Assembly (NCBI RefSeq): GCF_963921235.1
Contig: NC_086097.1
Coordinates: 166,782,001-166,846,000 of the forward strand
Origin: Mobula hypostoma
Lineage: Eukaryota
Direction: 5' to 3'
DNA: 64,000 nt
In this document: positions 30,301 through 42,300 of the stretch, piece after piece
Numbering within the stretch: the first letter of the stretch is position 1
How the letters are laid out: each line of letters begins with the position of its first letter
The notes under the pieces: model-generated
Databases searched by the model: none
The model's input: the letters and a program-made list of their open reading frames with translations, nothing else
What the model was told of the DNA's origin: nothing
Made by a program: the position numbers and the translations under genes

Positions 30301-33300
30301 TTCCATATATTGATTGGGACTCCCATACTGTTAGGGGTCTAGATGGTTTAGAGTTTGTAAAATGTGTTCAGGAAAGTTTTCTAAATCAATATATAGAGGG
30401 ACCAACTAGGGGGGATGCAATATTGGATCTCCTGTTAGGAAACGAGTTAGGACAAGTGACAGAAGTGTGTGTAGGGGAGCACTTTGGTTCCAGTGATCAT
30501 AACACTGTTAGTTTCAACTTGATCATGGACAAGGATAGATCTGGTCCTAGGCTTGAGGTTCTTAACTGGAAGAAGGCCAAATTTGAAGAAATGAGAAAGG
30601 ATCTAAAAAGCGTGGATTGGGACAGGTTGTTCTCTGGCAAGGATGTGATCGGTAGGTGGGAAGCCTTCAAAGGAGAAATTTTGAGAGTGCAGAATTTGTA
30701 TGTTCCTGTCAGGATTAAAGGCAAAGTGAATAGGAATAAGGAACCTTGGTTCTCAAGGGATATTGCAACTCTGATAAAGAAGAAGCGGGAGTTGTATGAC
30801 ATGTATAGGAAGCAGGGAGTAAATAAGGTGCTTGAGGAGTATAAGAAGTGCAAGAAAATACTTAAGAAACAAATCAGGAGGGCTAAAAGAAGACATGAGG
30901 TTGCCTTGGCCGTCAAAGTGAAGGATAATCCAAAGAGCTTTTACAGGTATATTATGAGCAAAAGGATTGTAAGGGATAAAATTGGTCCTCTTGAAGATCA
31001 GAGGGGTCGGCTATGTGCAGAACCAAAGGAAATGGGGGAGATCTTAAATAGGTTTTTTGCGTCTGTATTTACTAAGGAAACTGACATGAAGTCTACGGAA
31101 TTAAGGGAAACAAGTAGGGAGATCATGGAAACTGTACAGATCGAAAAGGAGGAGGTCCTTGCTGTCTTGAGGAAAATTAAAGTGGATAAATCCCCGGGAC
31201 CTGACAGGGTGTTCCCTCGGACCTTGAAGGAGACTAGTGTTGAAATTGCAGGGGCCCTGGCAGAAATAACTAAAATGTCGCTGTCTACAGGTGAGGTGCC
31301 GGAGGATTGGAGAGTGGCTCATGTTGTTCCGTTGTTTAAAAAAGGATCAAAAAGTAATCCGGGAAATTATAGGCCAGTAAGTTTAACGTCGGTAGTAGGT
31401 AAATTATTGGAGGGAGTATGAAGAGACAGAATCTACAAGCATTTAGATAGACGGACTTATTAGGGAGAGTCAACATGGCTTTGTGCGTGGTAGGTCATGT
31501 TTGACCAATCTATTGGAGTTTTTCGAGGAGGTTACCAGGAAAGTGGATGAAGGGAAGGCAGTGGATATTGTCTACATGGACTTCAGTAAGGCCTTTGACA
31601 AGGTCCTGCATGGGAGGTTAGTTAGGAAATTTTGGTCGCTAGGTATACATGGAGAGGTGGTAAATTGGATTAGAGATTGGCTCAATGGAAGAAGCCAAAG
31701 AGTGGTAGTAGAGAATTGCTTCTCCGAGTGGAGGCCTGTGACTAGTGGTGTGCCACAGGGATCAGTGCTGGGTCCGTTGTTAATTGTCATCTATATCAAT
31801 GATTTGGATGATAATGTGGTAAATTGGATCAGCAAATTTGCTGATGCTACAAAGATTGGAGGTGTAGTAGACAGTGAGGAAGGTTTTCAGAGCCTGCAGA
31901 GGGACTTGGACCAGCTGGAAAAATGGGCTGAAAAATGGCAGATGGAGTTTAATACAGACAAGTGTGAGGTATTGCACGTTGGAAGGACAAACCAAGGTAG
32001 AACATACAGGGTTAATGGTAAGGTACTGAGGAGTGCAGTGGAACAGAGGGACCCGGGAATACAGATACAAAATTCCCTAAAAGTGGCATCACAGATAGAT
32101 AGGATCGTAAAGAGAGTTTTTGGTACATTGGCCTTTATTAATCAAAGTATTGAGTATAAGAGCTGGAATGTTACGATGAGGTTGTATAAGGCATTGGTGA
32201 GGCCGAATCTGGAGTATTGTGTTCAGTTTTGGTCACCAAATTACAGGAAGGATATAAATAAGGTTGAAAGAGTGCAGAGAAGGTTTACAAAGATGTTGCC
32301 GGGACTTGAGAAACTCAGTTACAGAGAAAGGTTGAATAGGTTAGGACTTTATTCCCTGGAGCATAGAAGAATGAGGGGAGATTTGATAGAGGTATATAAA
32401 ATTATGATGGGTATAGATAGTGAATGCAAGCAGGCTTTTTCCACTGAGGCAAGGGGAGAAAAAAAACAGAGGACATGGGTTAAGGGTGAGGGGGGAACAA
32501 TTTAAAGGGAACATTAGGGGGGGGCTTCTTCACACAGAGAGTGGTGGGAGTATGGAATGAGCTGCCAGACGAGGTGGTAAATGCGGGTTCTTTTTTAACA
32601 TTTAAGAATAAATTGGACAGATACATGGATGGGAGGTGTATGGCGGGATATGGTCCGTGTGCAGGTCAGTGGGACTAGGCAGAAAATGGTTTGGCACAGC
32701 CAAGAAGGGCCAAAAGGCCTGTTTCTGTGCTGTAGTTTCTATGGTTTCTATGCTTTCTATGGACAAACATCCATAGATATGTATCATCTACAGGTTCAGC
32801 CCATTGTTGAAGAGCTGCTTCAACAATGCAACATCAAGGCCCATGCCATCTTCCTGCAGCTACCATCTGGCAGGTGGTACAGAAAACTGAAGTGCCACAG
32901 TACCAGATTCAAGAACAGCTACTTCCCTTCAACCATTAAGTTCTTGAACCAGCCAGCACAACCCTAAACACTACCTCAGTATAGCAACACTACAGCAGAC
33001 TCTTTTCCTTTGCTCTAATTGTGTTATTTCTTGTAGAAATTGAGTATAGTTTTTGTATAACTGATGCTGTTGCTCTGAATATTGTGCACCTACCTGCGAT
33101 GCTGCTGCAAGTAAGATTTTCATTGCACCTTACTTGTGCCTATGGCAATGAACTTGACTTCAAGTTGCACCCCAAGGTAATGGTCCGCTGCTAGGTCTAG
33201 ACTGCGGACAGGGTGCATGGCTGGAGATGGGCTTGGAGTCCAGAACACCAGGGGTCAGGAATGCAGGTATGCAGCAGGATGCAGGGAATGAAACATTTTG

Positions 33301-36300
33301 TACATTTCTGGTTCCATTTAAACTTCAAGGTCCTCTGAAATACTAATTATACAACTGAATAACATCTTAAACACTATATTGAAAGCATATTTGGAATTAA
33401 TAAGCGTAACCTAGAATATAGAATAGTGCTGTACAGGAACAGGTCCTTTGGCCCATTGTGTTGTGCTGAACTAACTGAACCAGTAATTAAATGTAATTAA
33501 GCTAATTCCCAATCCCTTCTGCCAAAACAAGGACCATATCCCTCTATTCTCTTCATATTCATGTACTAACCTAAGTGTTTCTTCTTTCTTTTTAAATCTT
33601 TTTATTGAATAAGTATACAAAAAGGTAAGCCATATAAACATTAATACAATGTTAAAATATAATAAAATTCCAGAAGGTATCAATACCAAAAAAAATACTA
33701 CAAACAATGTAATTTAAACATAAGAAACCAAGATAACATAATAGTATACTAAATTTTATATATATCAATAGAAAAAAAGAAAAAAAAAACCCCCAAAAAA
33801 AACCCACCGTGCAACTAACTAAAAGCAAAGCAAAGCAATGGGCTAACTTGAAACCAAACAGAGTTAAAATTAAAATCACGTCCTCAATCCCGACCTCCAT
33901 TAAAAACAGTGAAAAAAAAAACAAGAAGGATATATATTACATTAAATGAAAATATCGAATAAAAGGTCCCCAAATCTGTTCAAATTTAAATGAAGAATCA
34001 TAAAGGTTACTTCTAATTTTCTCCAGATTCAAACATAAAATCGTCTGAGAGAACCAAAAAAAGGTAGTTGGAGCATTAAGCTCTTTCCAATGTTGTAAAA
34101 TACATCTTTTCGCCATTAAAGTAAGAAATGCAATCATTCTACGGGCTGAAGGGAAAAGATTACTAGAAACTTTAGGTAGTCCAAAGATAGCAGTAATAGG
34201 GTGAGGAGAGATATCTATATTTAATACCTTAGAAATAATATTAAAAATATCTCTCCAAAAAGTTTCCAAAGTAGGGCAAGACCAAAACATATGAGTTAAA
34301 GAAGCTATCTGCCCCGAACATCTATCACAAAAAGGATTAATATGCGAGTAAAAACGCGTTAACTTATCTTTGGACATATGTGCTCTATGAACCACTTTAT
34401 ATTGAATTAGGGAATGTTTAGCACAAATAGAGGAAGTATTAACTAATTGTAAAATCTGCCCCCAATCATCCACAGAAATGGTAAGCCCCAATTCCTGTTC
34501 CCAATCTACCCTAATCTTATCAAATGGAGCTTTCCTAAGTTTCATAATAATATTATAAATCATAGCCGATGCAGCTTTCTGACATGGATTGAGGTTAATT
34601 ATCGAATCTAAAATATATGTAGGAGGAAGCATTGGAAAGGAAGAAAGTATAGTACTTAGGAAATTTCTAACTTGTAAATATCTAAAAAAATGTATTCTTG
34701 ATAAATTATATTTATTAGATAATTGTTCAAAAGACATAAGGGAACCATCTAAAAATAAATCCAAAAACCGTAAAATACCCTTAGTCTTCCAAGTTTGAAA
34801 AGCGCGATCCGTAAAAGAGGGAGGAAAAAATATGTTACCTAAAATAGGAATCGCTAACCCGAATTGATTAAGATCAAAAAATTTTCTGAATTGAAACCAA
34901 ATGCGCAAAACATATTTAACTATCGGGTTAGACACCTGCTTAAGGCGTTTCGAATCAAAAGGGAGAGAGGAGCCTAAAATAGAGCCAAGTGTATAACCCT
35001 GAACAGATTGTAGTTCCTAAGTGTTTCTTGAACGCTTCTATCGTATTTGACTCCACCGCAACCCTTGGTACATATTCCAGGCACCCACCACTTTTGCGTA
35101 AAAAAATTTGCCCTGCACATCTCCTTTGAACTTACCCCCTCTCACCTTAAATTCATGCTCACTGGCATTAGATGTTTTGACCCTGGGAAAAAGGCACTGG
35201 CTGTCTATCTACACCTCTCCTAATCTTATAATCTTCTGTCAGTTCTCCCCGCAGCCTCACTGCTCCAGAGAAAACAACCCATGTTTGTCCATCCTCTCCT
35301 TATAGTACATGCCTCTTAATCCAGGCAGCGTCCTGGTAAACCTTCTCTGTACTCTCTGCAAAGCCTCCATGTCCTTCCTGGAATGGAGTGACCAGAACTG
35401 AATGCAATATTCCCAATTGTTAGGACACTGTGAGTTTATCAGAGTTTTACTACAGTGTTATTTTGTGCTGCGTACAGTCATTTCTCAGTTACTCACTTTT
35501 CAATATCCATTCCAGTCATGTTTTGCCACAGAGACGGGAATGAATCAAACTGATAGGTATACACGAGGATCAAAACCAGCATTGTGTAGGAGACAACAAT
35601 AATCCAAAAATACTTCAAGATCCGCCGCCACCAATCATAATGCACCTGGGGAGAAAAATGCCTTCAGAAGTATAAGCAGCCAAGGAAAGCAGAATTAAGT
35701 AACATAAATAATTATTATATTTGGAAACGCTGGATTTGCCTGCATTGGTTTCCAAAATAAACCTCTTAACTACCATGGTCTGAACAGTAATACCAAATTC
35801 CCACTGCCAGCCACACTCTCAAGGAATGGTTGTAAGATCAAGTCCATGGCATAGTAATTCCTTAAGTACACTCCCAGAATTTATAGTTTACTGCTGGGAA
35901 ATCACAGGCAAAAGAAAACTGAATACCTATTTCATTGAGGTATGCTTGGACGCATGATTTAAGTGGAAAAGGGGGCTTGGTCTGTGAGTTGCTAGATACA
36001 GTGGATTGTGTACTATGTCATAAAGTGGCAACGCTCTCAGCCCTTGATTGGATCGTCTGAATTTTTCCTTCTGTAACAGCCTTTCAACACATTCCATGTT
36101 TTTGGAGAAATGTTAACTCCATATTCCCACTACAGCTGTATTTAAAAATTACATCGGCAGTGCTAGATCCATCATTTAAAACGTTTTTGCTGGAAATCTT
36201 GCAGCCCATGAATTTCTCGCAAGTGAAATGAGCTAAGTGTGGCACGGGCAAGGAACAGCAGGGATTTAGGAGTCCTCTGGAGAACTTGTTGACCAAGACT

Positions 36301-39300
36301 TGCTGCTTCACCATCCTCTTTCACTCGATTACACGCTTAATCTCAATTACTGTTTTCCAAAACAATGATGAAATATTTTTGTTCTAATTGTGTTATCTGT
36401 TGTATAACTGTTGTTTATGTTTCCCTTGTCAATGCAGTGCCGATGTATTTGTGACGGGTTACATCACCGCCTGGTACAGAGGCTCCAGTTCACAGAATTG
36501 CAGGAGGTGTCCGAGAGTTGTCAGCCAGCTTCATCAAGGTACAATCTCCCACCTTTGAGGACACCTTCAAAAGGTGGTTACAAACTTTTCAGAAACCTGA
36601 TGACAGAGGGGAAGAAGCTGTCCCTAAAAGGGTGTCTTCAGGCTCCTGTGTCTCCTCCTTGATAGTGGTAATGAGAAAAGGGACGGTGAGGGTCTTTAAT
36701 ATCTTTAAAAGGTATTCCTAAAACATTAGATTCAATCAGAAGAAAAGCTCACCAGCAGATTTACTTTCTTAGGAGGTTAAGAAGGCTTTGCTTGTCACCG
36801 AAGACTCTAACTATTTTTATAGATGTACTACTGAAGGCATCCTTACTGGTCACATTATGGTCTGTTATGGCAATTTGCATGCATAGGAATGAAAGAAGTT
36901 GCAGCAAGTAGTGGCCTCTGCCCAATATATCATGGGCACGTCCCTCCACACCATTGGCCATTTCTGCAGCAGGCGCTGCCTCAAGAAGGCAACACCCATT
37001 ATCAAAGATCCCCACCAGGCCATGCCATCTTTTCACAGCTCCCACGGGGCAAGAGGTACTGAATTTATACCCATTTCTATTGCTGATACCTGGCACAGAA
37101 ATGAGCATAAAGACCTGAAGAAGGGTCTCAGCCCCAAACACCAACTACTTGCTCATTTCCATAGATGCTACCTGACCTGCTGAGTTCCTCCAGTATTTTA
37201 TCTGTGTTGCCTAGCACACGTTATTTAAACAATTTGCAATTTGGTCACTTTGCATTTTTGTGCATTTTTTGGTCACCTGGTGACTTGAAGAAAAAAAACA
37301 ATTTACAGGAAGTGTAGAAGTAAGTATAAAAAGGTTGCCTCATGAATACATTAGCTCTCTGTTAAATCACCTTTCCACCAATTACAACAAAAAACAGTCA
37401 ACGGGTGAAAAAGTGTTATGCCTGGAAAAATACTTCAGATAACATAATTCTCTAACTCTAATTCCAATACTTGCATGTTATTATAATCATTGAGCCACAT
37501 CCTTTTAGATCACTTGTCACTTTTTTTTTACAATTAATGCCAAATGCAGCTGGGAGAACGTAACAAATGTGGCTTCTGAGAATTCCTGCCAATTAGCTTA
37601 ATCTGGTGACTAGACCCAATTGAATGAATAATCTAGGCCTCTATACGTCCCCTTGTTAAATCTACTTGTATAATTTTCCTTAAAATGTGAGATAGTGTCG
37701 GCAATTAATTTGTGTAATTTCTGGCTCTAAAGATTCAATTTCTTCAGAAAATCTTGTGATTATGCATATTTAGTTTACAATTCAGTTCAATTCTGTACAT
37801 TGCATAATATTTCTGGTGAATAAATGTGGAAATCCTCTTCTTCTGTAGCATGTGTTGTTTTACAGACTTCTCTAGAATCTGTCAAGATCATGATCTGTGG
37901 GATATTCACTGACTAGTCACTGACTGACACTGATTCTTATTGTGCAAGAGGTACTCAAGTCCTAACTAGTACAGGCTCTGCAGTGTTGCTTCATTCACTA
38001 AAGACAATGAAAGAATGAACAGCAACAAGACAAAATCCACCCCACCCCCACCCAGCCTGCTCCCACTGCTCCACCACTGGACTATGGAAAACAGGGATCA
38101 CATTCCATTTCCAGGGAGTGTCCCTCATTGAATCAGGAGCAAATGATCACAACAGCATCTGGTGCACCTGGATAGCATTTCGCCAGGTGAGGGAAATGGT
38201 CCTCAAAGATCTGTTCCCCAAGCCGACCAATACTTATTCCACAGGTCAAAAGTCAGACCATGTACTGTATATATGATTTCAATTATATCTCTTCTAGATA
38301 TAATCCCTCTGTAATTGGATCCTCGACTTCCTAACCAGAAGACCACAATCTGTGCAGATTGGTGATAATGTCTCCTCCTCGCTGACGATCAGCACTGGTG
38401 CACCTCATGGGTGTGTACTTGGCTCACTGCTCTAATCTCTATATACATATGACTGTGTGGCTAGGCATAGCTCAAATACCATCTATAAATTTGCTGATGT
38501 TACAACCACTGTTGGTAGAATCTCAGGTGGTGACGAGAGGGTGTACAGGAGTGAGATATGCCAACTAGTGGAGTGGTGCCACAGCAACAACCTGGCACTC
38601 AAAGTCAGAAAGATGGAAGAGCTGACTGTGGACTTCAGGAAGGGTAAGATGAAGGAACACATAGCAATCCTCATAGAGGGATCATAAATGGAGAGAGTGA
38701 ACAGTTTCAAGTTCCTGGGTGTCAAGATTTCTGAGGATCTAACCTGGTCCCAACATATCGATGCAGTTATAAAGAAGGCAAGACAGCAGCTATACTTCAT
38801 TAGGAGTTTGAAGTGATTTGGCATGTCAACAAAATACACTCAAAAATTTCTATAGTTGTACCGTGGAGAGCATTCTGACAGGCTGCATCACTGTCTGGTA
38901 TGGAGTGGCTACTGCACAGAACCGAAAGAAGCTGCAGAGGGTTGTATATCTAGTCAGCTCCATTCTGGGCACTAGCCTACAAAGTACCCAGGACATCTCC
39001 AGGGAGTAGTGTCTCAGAAAGGCAGCATCCATTATTAAGGATCTCCAGCACCCAGGGTGTGCCCTTCTCTCACTGCCCTTTTCCCATCAGGTAGGAGGTA
39101 CAGAAGCCTGAAGGCACACCCTCAGCAATTCAGGAACAGCTTCTTCCCCTCTGCCACCTGATTCCTAAATGTACAATGAACCCTTGGACATTACCTCACT
39201 TATTTAATATACAGTATTTCTGTTTTTTGCACTACTTTTAATCTATTCAATATATGCATACTGTAGTTGATCTACGTATTTACTATTATTTTTATTTTTT

Positions 39301-42300
39301 TTTTCCTTCTGTATTATGTATTGCATTGAACTGCTGCTGCTAAGTTAACAAATTTCATGTCACATGCCGGATAATAAACCTGATTCTGATTAAAAGTTTA
39401 AGTGTCTTTTAATTAAGGAATCTCACTGACTTAAGATGAAATTTCATTTTTTATGTAAGACCAAGATACTACCTGAATACATACCTGATATAAAGCCACA
39501 CAGAACAGGAACAGCATCATGTAGATAATCTTGTACATGACAATCTTGCCTTCAAAACTCACGAAGAAAAACATTCCACCGCAGATGTAAATCCAATATT
39601 TGACAAACATTCCCATCACCAGGTTTCCTAATACTTTCATTATCTCTTTGCCTTGCTGGCTATCTTCTGCACAAACAAAAAAGACAAGGTTATCTGACAA
39701 CTTTTAACTGAACTTTTTTGCATTCCCAAAGGAAGATTTGTCACCCCAAGATCTCGGTGATGACACAATGAAGGACTTGCCAGATTTTTATTTTGTATGG
39801 TTGTAGATGAGGAATAGAGATATGCGGAAGAGGGGAGATCAGGGAGAGATTAGACTATTTGTTCAATTGTCTCCCTGATAAACACAAAATTTGCTTATTT
39901 TAATTTTCCCTCTTGGTAAAGAAGTCAAGATTCTTAATGTTCTCTAGGTCAATCCAATTGAGACATTGCTCCTCAAATATTCTAACCCAAGCAATATAAC
40001 AATCTGTTTTACCACTTTCTTCCACTCTGACTTCTGATAAGAGAGATCCTTTGTTCTTTTCAGCTTCACGACGTTCAGTAATATTTTGACGGAGCAAAAG
40101 CCAAAAGGTCAACGCGCACAGGATCTATTAGAAGAAAACAGGATACTGATTAATCTGAACAAAGAAATAATTAATCATGTGCTGAGAGAAGCAGATACAT
40201 TTCTGCAAAGATGAAACTTTGATTTACGTTTAAGCCTTGAACTTGCTTTATACAATTTAACTTCAGGCTATTCTGACAGCAACTCCCAAATATCAAGTCA
40301 CCATTGTAAGTGCATCTAAACACCACCCCCCTTCAAGGCACTCTTTATTCCTAGCAATGCACACAAAATGCTGGAGGAAACTGAGCAAGTTAGGCAGTAT
40401 TTAGATGGGAAATAAACAGTTGATGTTTTGGGCTGAGACTCCTCATTGGGACCCTTAATTAAATTGATTTATAGACAATCGACAATAGGTGCAGGAGTAG
40501 GCCATTAGGCCCTTCGAGCCAGCACCGCCATTCACTGTGATCGTGGCTGATCATCTACTATCAGTATCCAGTTCCTGCCTTATCCCCATAACCTTTGATT
40601 CCGCTATATTTAAGAGCTCTATCCATCTCTTTCTTGAAAGCATCCAGAGACTAGGCCTCCACAGCCTTCTGGGGCGGAGGATTCCATATATCCACCACTC
40701 TCTGGGTGAAAAAGTTTTTCCTCAACTCCGTTCTAAATGGCCTACCCCTAATTCTTAAACTGTGGCCTCTGGTTCTGGACTCACCCATCAGCGGGAACAT
40801 GCTTCCTACCTGCAGCGAGTCCAATCCCTTAATAATCTTCAAACAACAGGAATTCTGCAGATGCTGGAAATTCAAGCAACACACATCAAAGCTGCTGGTG
40901 AACGCAGCAGGCCAGGCAGCATCTCTAGGAAGAGGTACAGTCGATGTTCCAGGCCGAGACCCTTCGTCAGGACTAGGACAGGGCAACGACCATGGACACC
41001 TTCAAAGTGATTGCGCAACCACCAACTGTGACTCCAGCCTTGAACTCCAGGCGGGGTCTTTATGTGCTGCTATTGTGACTCACGCCTCCCCTTCCCCCAC
41101 CAATACTCTGCAATCCCGTCTCCTTCAGATCCCATCGTCAGCTCCCGGGTCCTCAGAGGCTCCATCTTCCTCTCACCCCAACCCTCCCCTTTCCATTGAC
41201 ACCCCCAGCCTCCCCCCTCCCCCCTCTGATCCCAACTCTCATCCGTGCCGGGTCTTTACCATCCCCTAGTCCTGACGAAGGGTCTCGGACTGAAACGTCG
41301 ACTGTACCTCTTCCTAGAGATGCTGCCTGGCCTGCTGCGTTCACCAGCAACTTTGATGTGTGTCCCTTAATAATTTTATATGTTTCAATAAGATCCCCTC
41401 TCAGCCTTCTAAATTCCAGAGTATACAAGCCCAGTCGCTCCAATCTTTCGACATATGACAGTCCCGCCATCCCGGGAATTAACCTTGTGAACCTATGCTG
41501 CACTCCCTCAATAGCAAGAATGTCCTTCCTCAAATTTGGAGACCAAAACTGCACACAGTACTCCAGGTGTGGTTTCACCAGGGCCCTGCACAGCTGCAGA
41601 AGGACCTCTTTGCTCTTATACTCAATCCCCTTGTTATGAAGGCCAGCATGCCATTAGCTTTTTTCACTGCCTACTGTACTTGCATGCTTGCTTTCAGTGA
41701 CTGATGCACAAGAACACCTAGATCTCGTTGTGCTTCCCCTTTTCCTAAGTTGACTCCATTTAGATAATAATCTGCCTTCCCGTTCTTACCACCAAAGTGG
41801 ATAACCTCACATTTATCCACATTAAACTGCATCTGCCATGCATCTGCCCACTCAGCCAGCCTGTCCAATTCACCCTGCATTCTCATTACATCCTCCTCAC
41901 ATTTCACACTGCCTCCCAGCTTTGTGTCATCGGCAAATTTGCTAATGTTACTATTAATTCCCTCATCTGAATCATTAATATATATTGTAAACAATTGCGG
42001 TCCCAGCACTGAACCCTGCGGTACCCCACTGGTCACCGCCTGCCATTCCGAAAGGGACCTGTTAATCGCTACTCTTTGTTTTCTGTCAGCCCGCCAATTT
42101 TCAATCCATGTCAGTACTCTTCCCCCAATACCATGTGCTCTAATTTTTCCCACTAATCTCCTATGTGGGACTTTATCAAGGGCCTTCTGAAAGTCCAGGT
42201 ACACTACATCCACTGGCTCTCCCTTGTCCATTTTCATAGTTACATCCTCAAAAAATTCCAGAAGATTAGTCAAGCACGATCTGCCCTTTGTAAATCCATG

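Noticed and set aside
30225..32505. Long ORFs (398 and 340 aa) as a host gene or a novel reverse-transcriptase system
   Set aside because: Pieces of an ordinary CR1 ORF2 broken by stops and frameshifts
40651..41639. ORFs sharing [23 protein letters not shown] as a repeat protein
   Set aside because: Artefact of the inverted DNA repeat read on both strands
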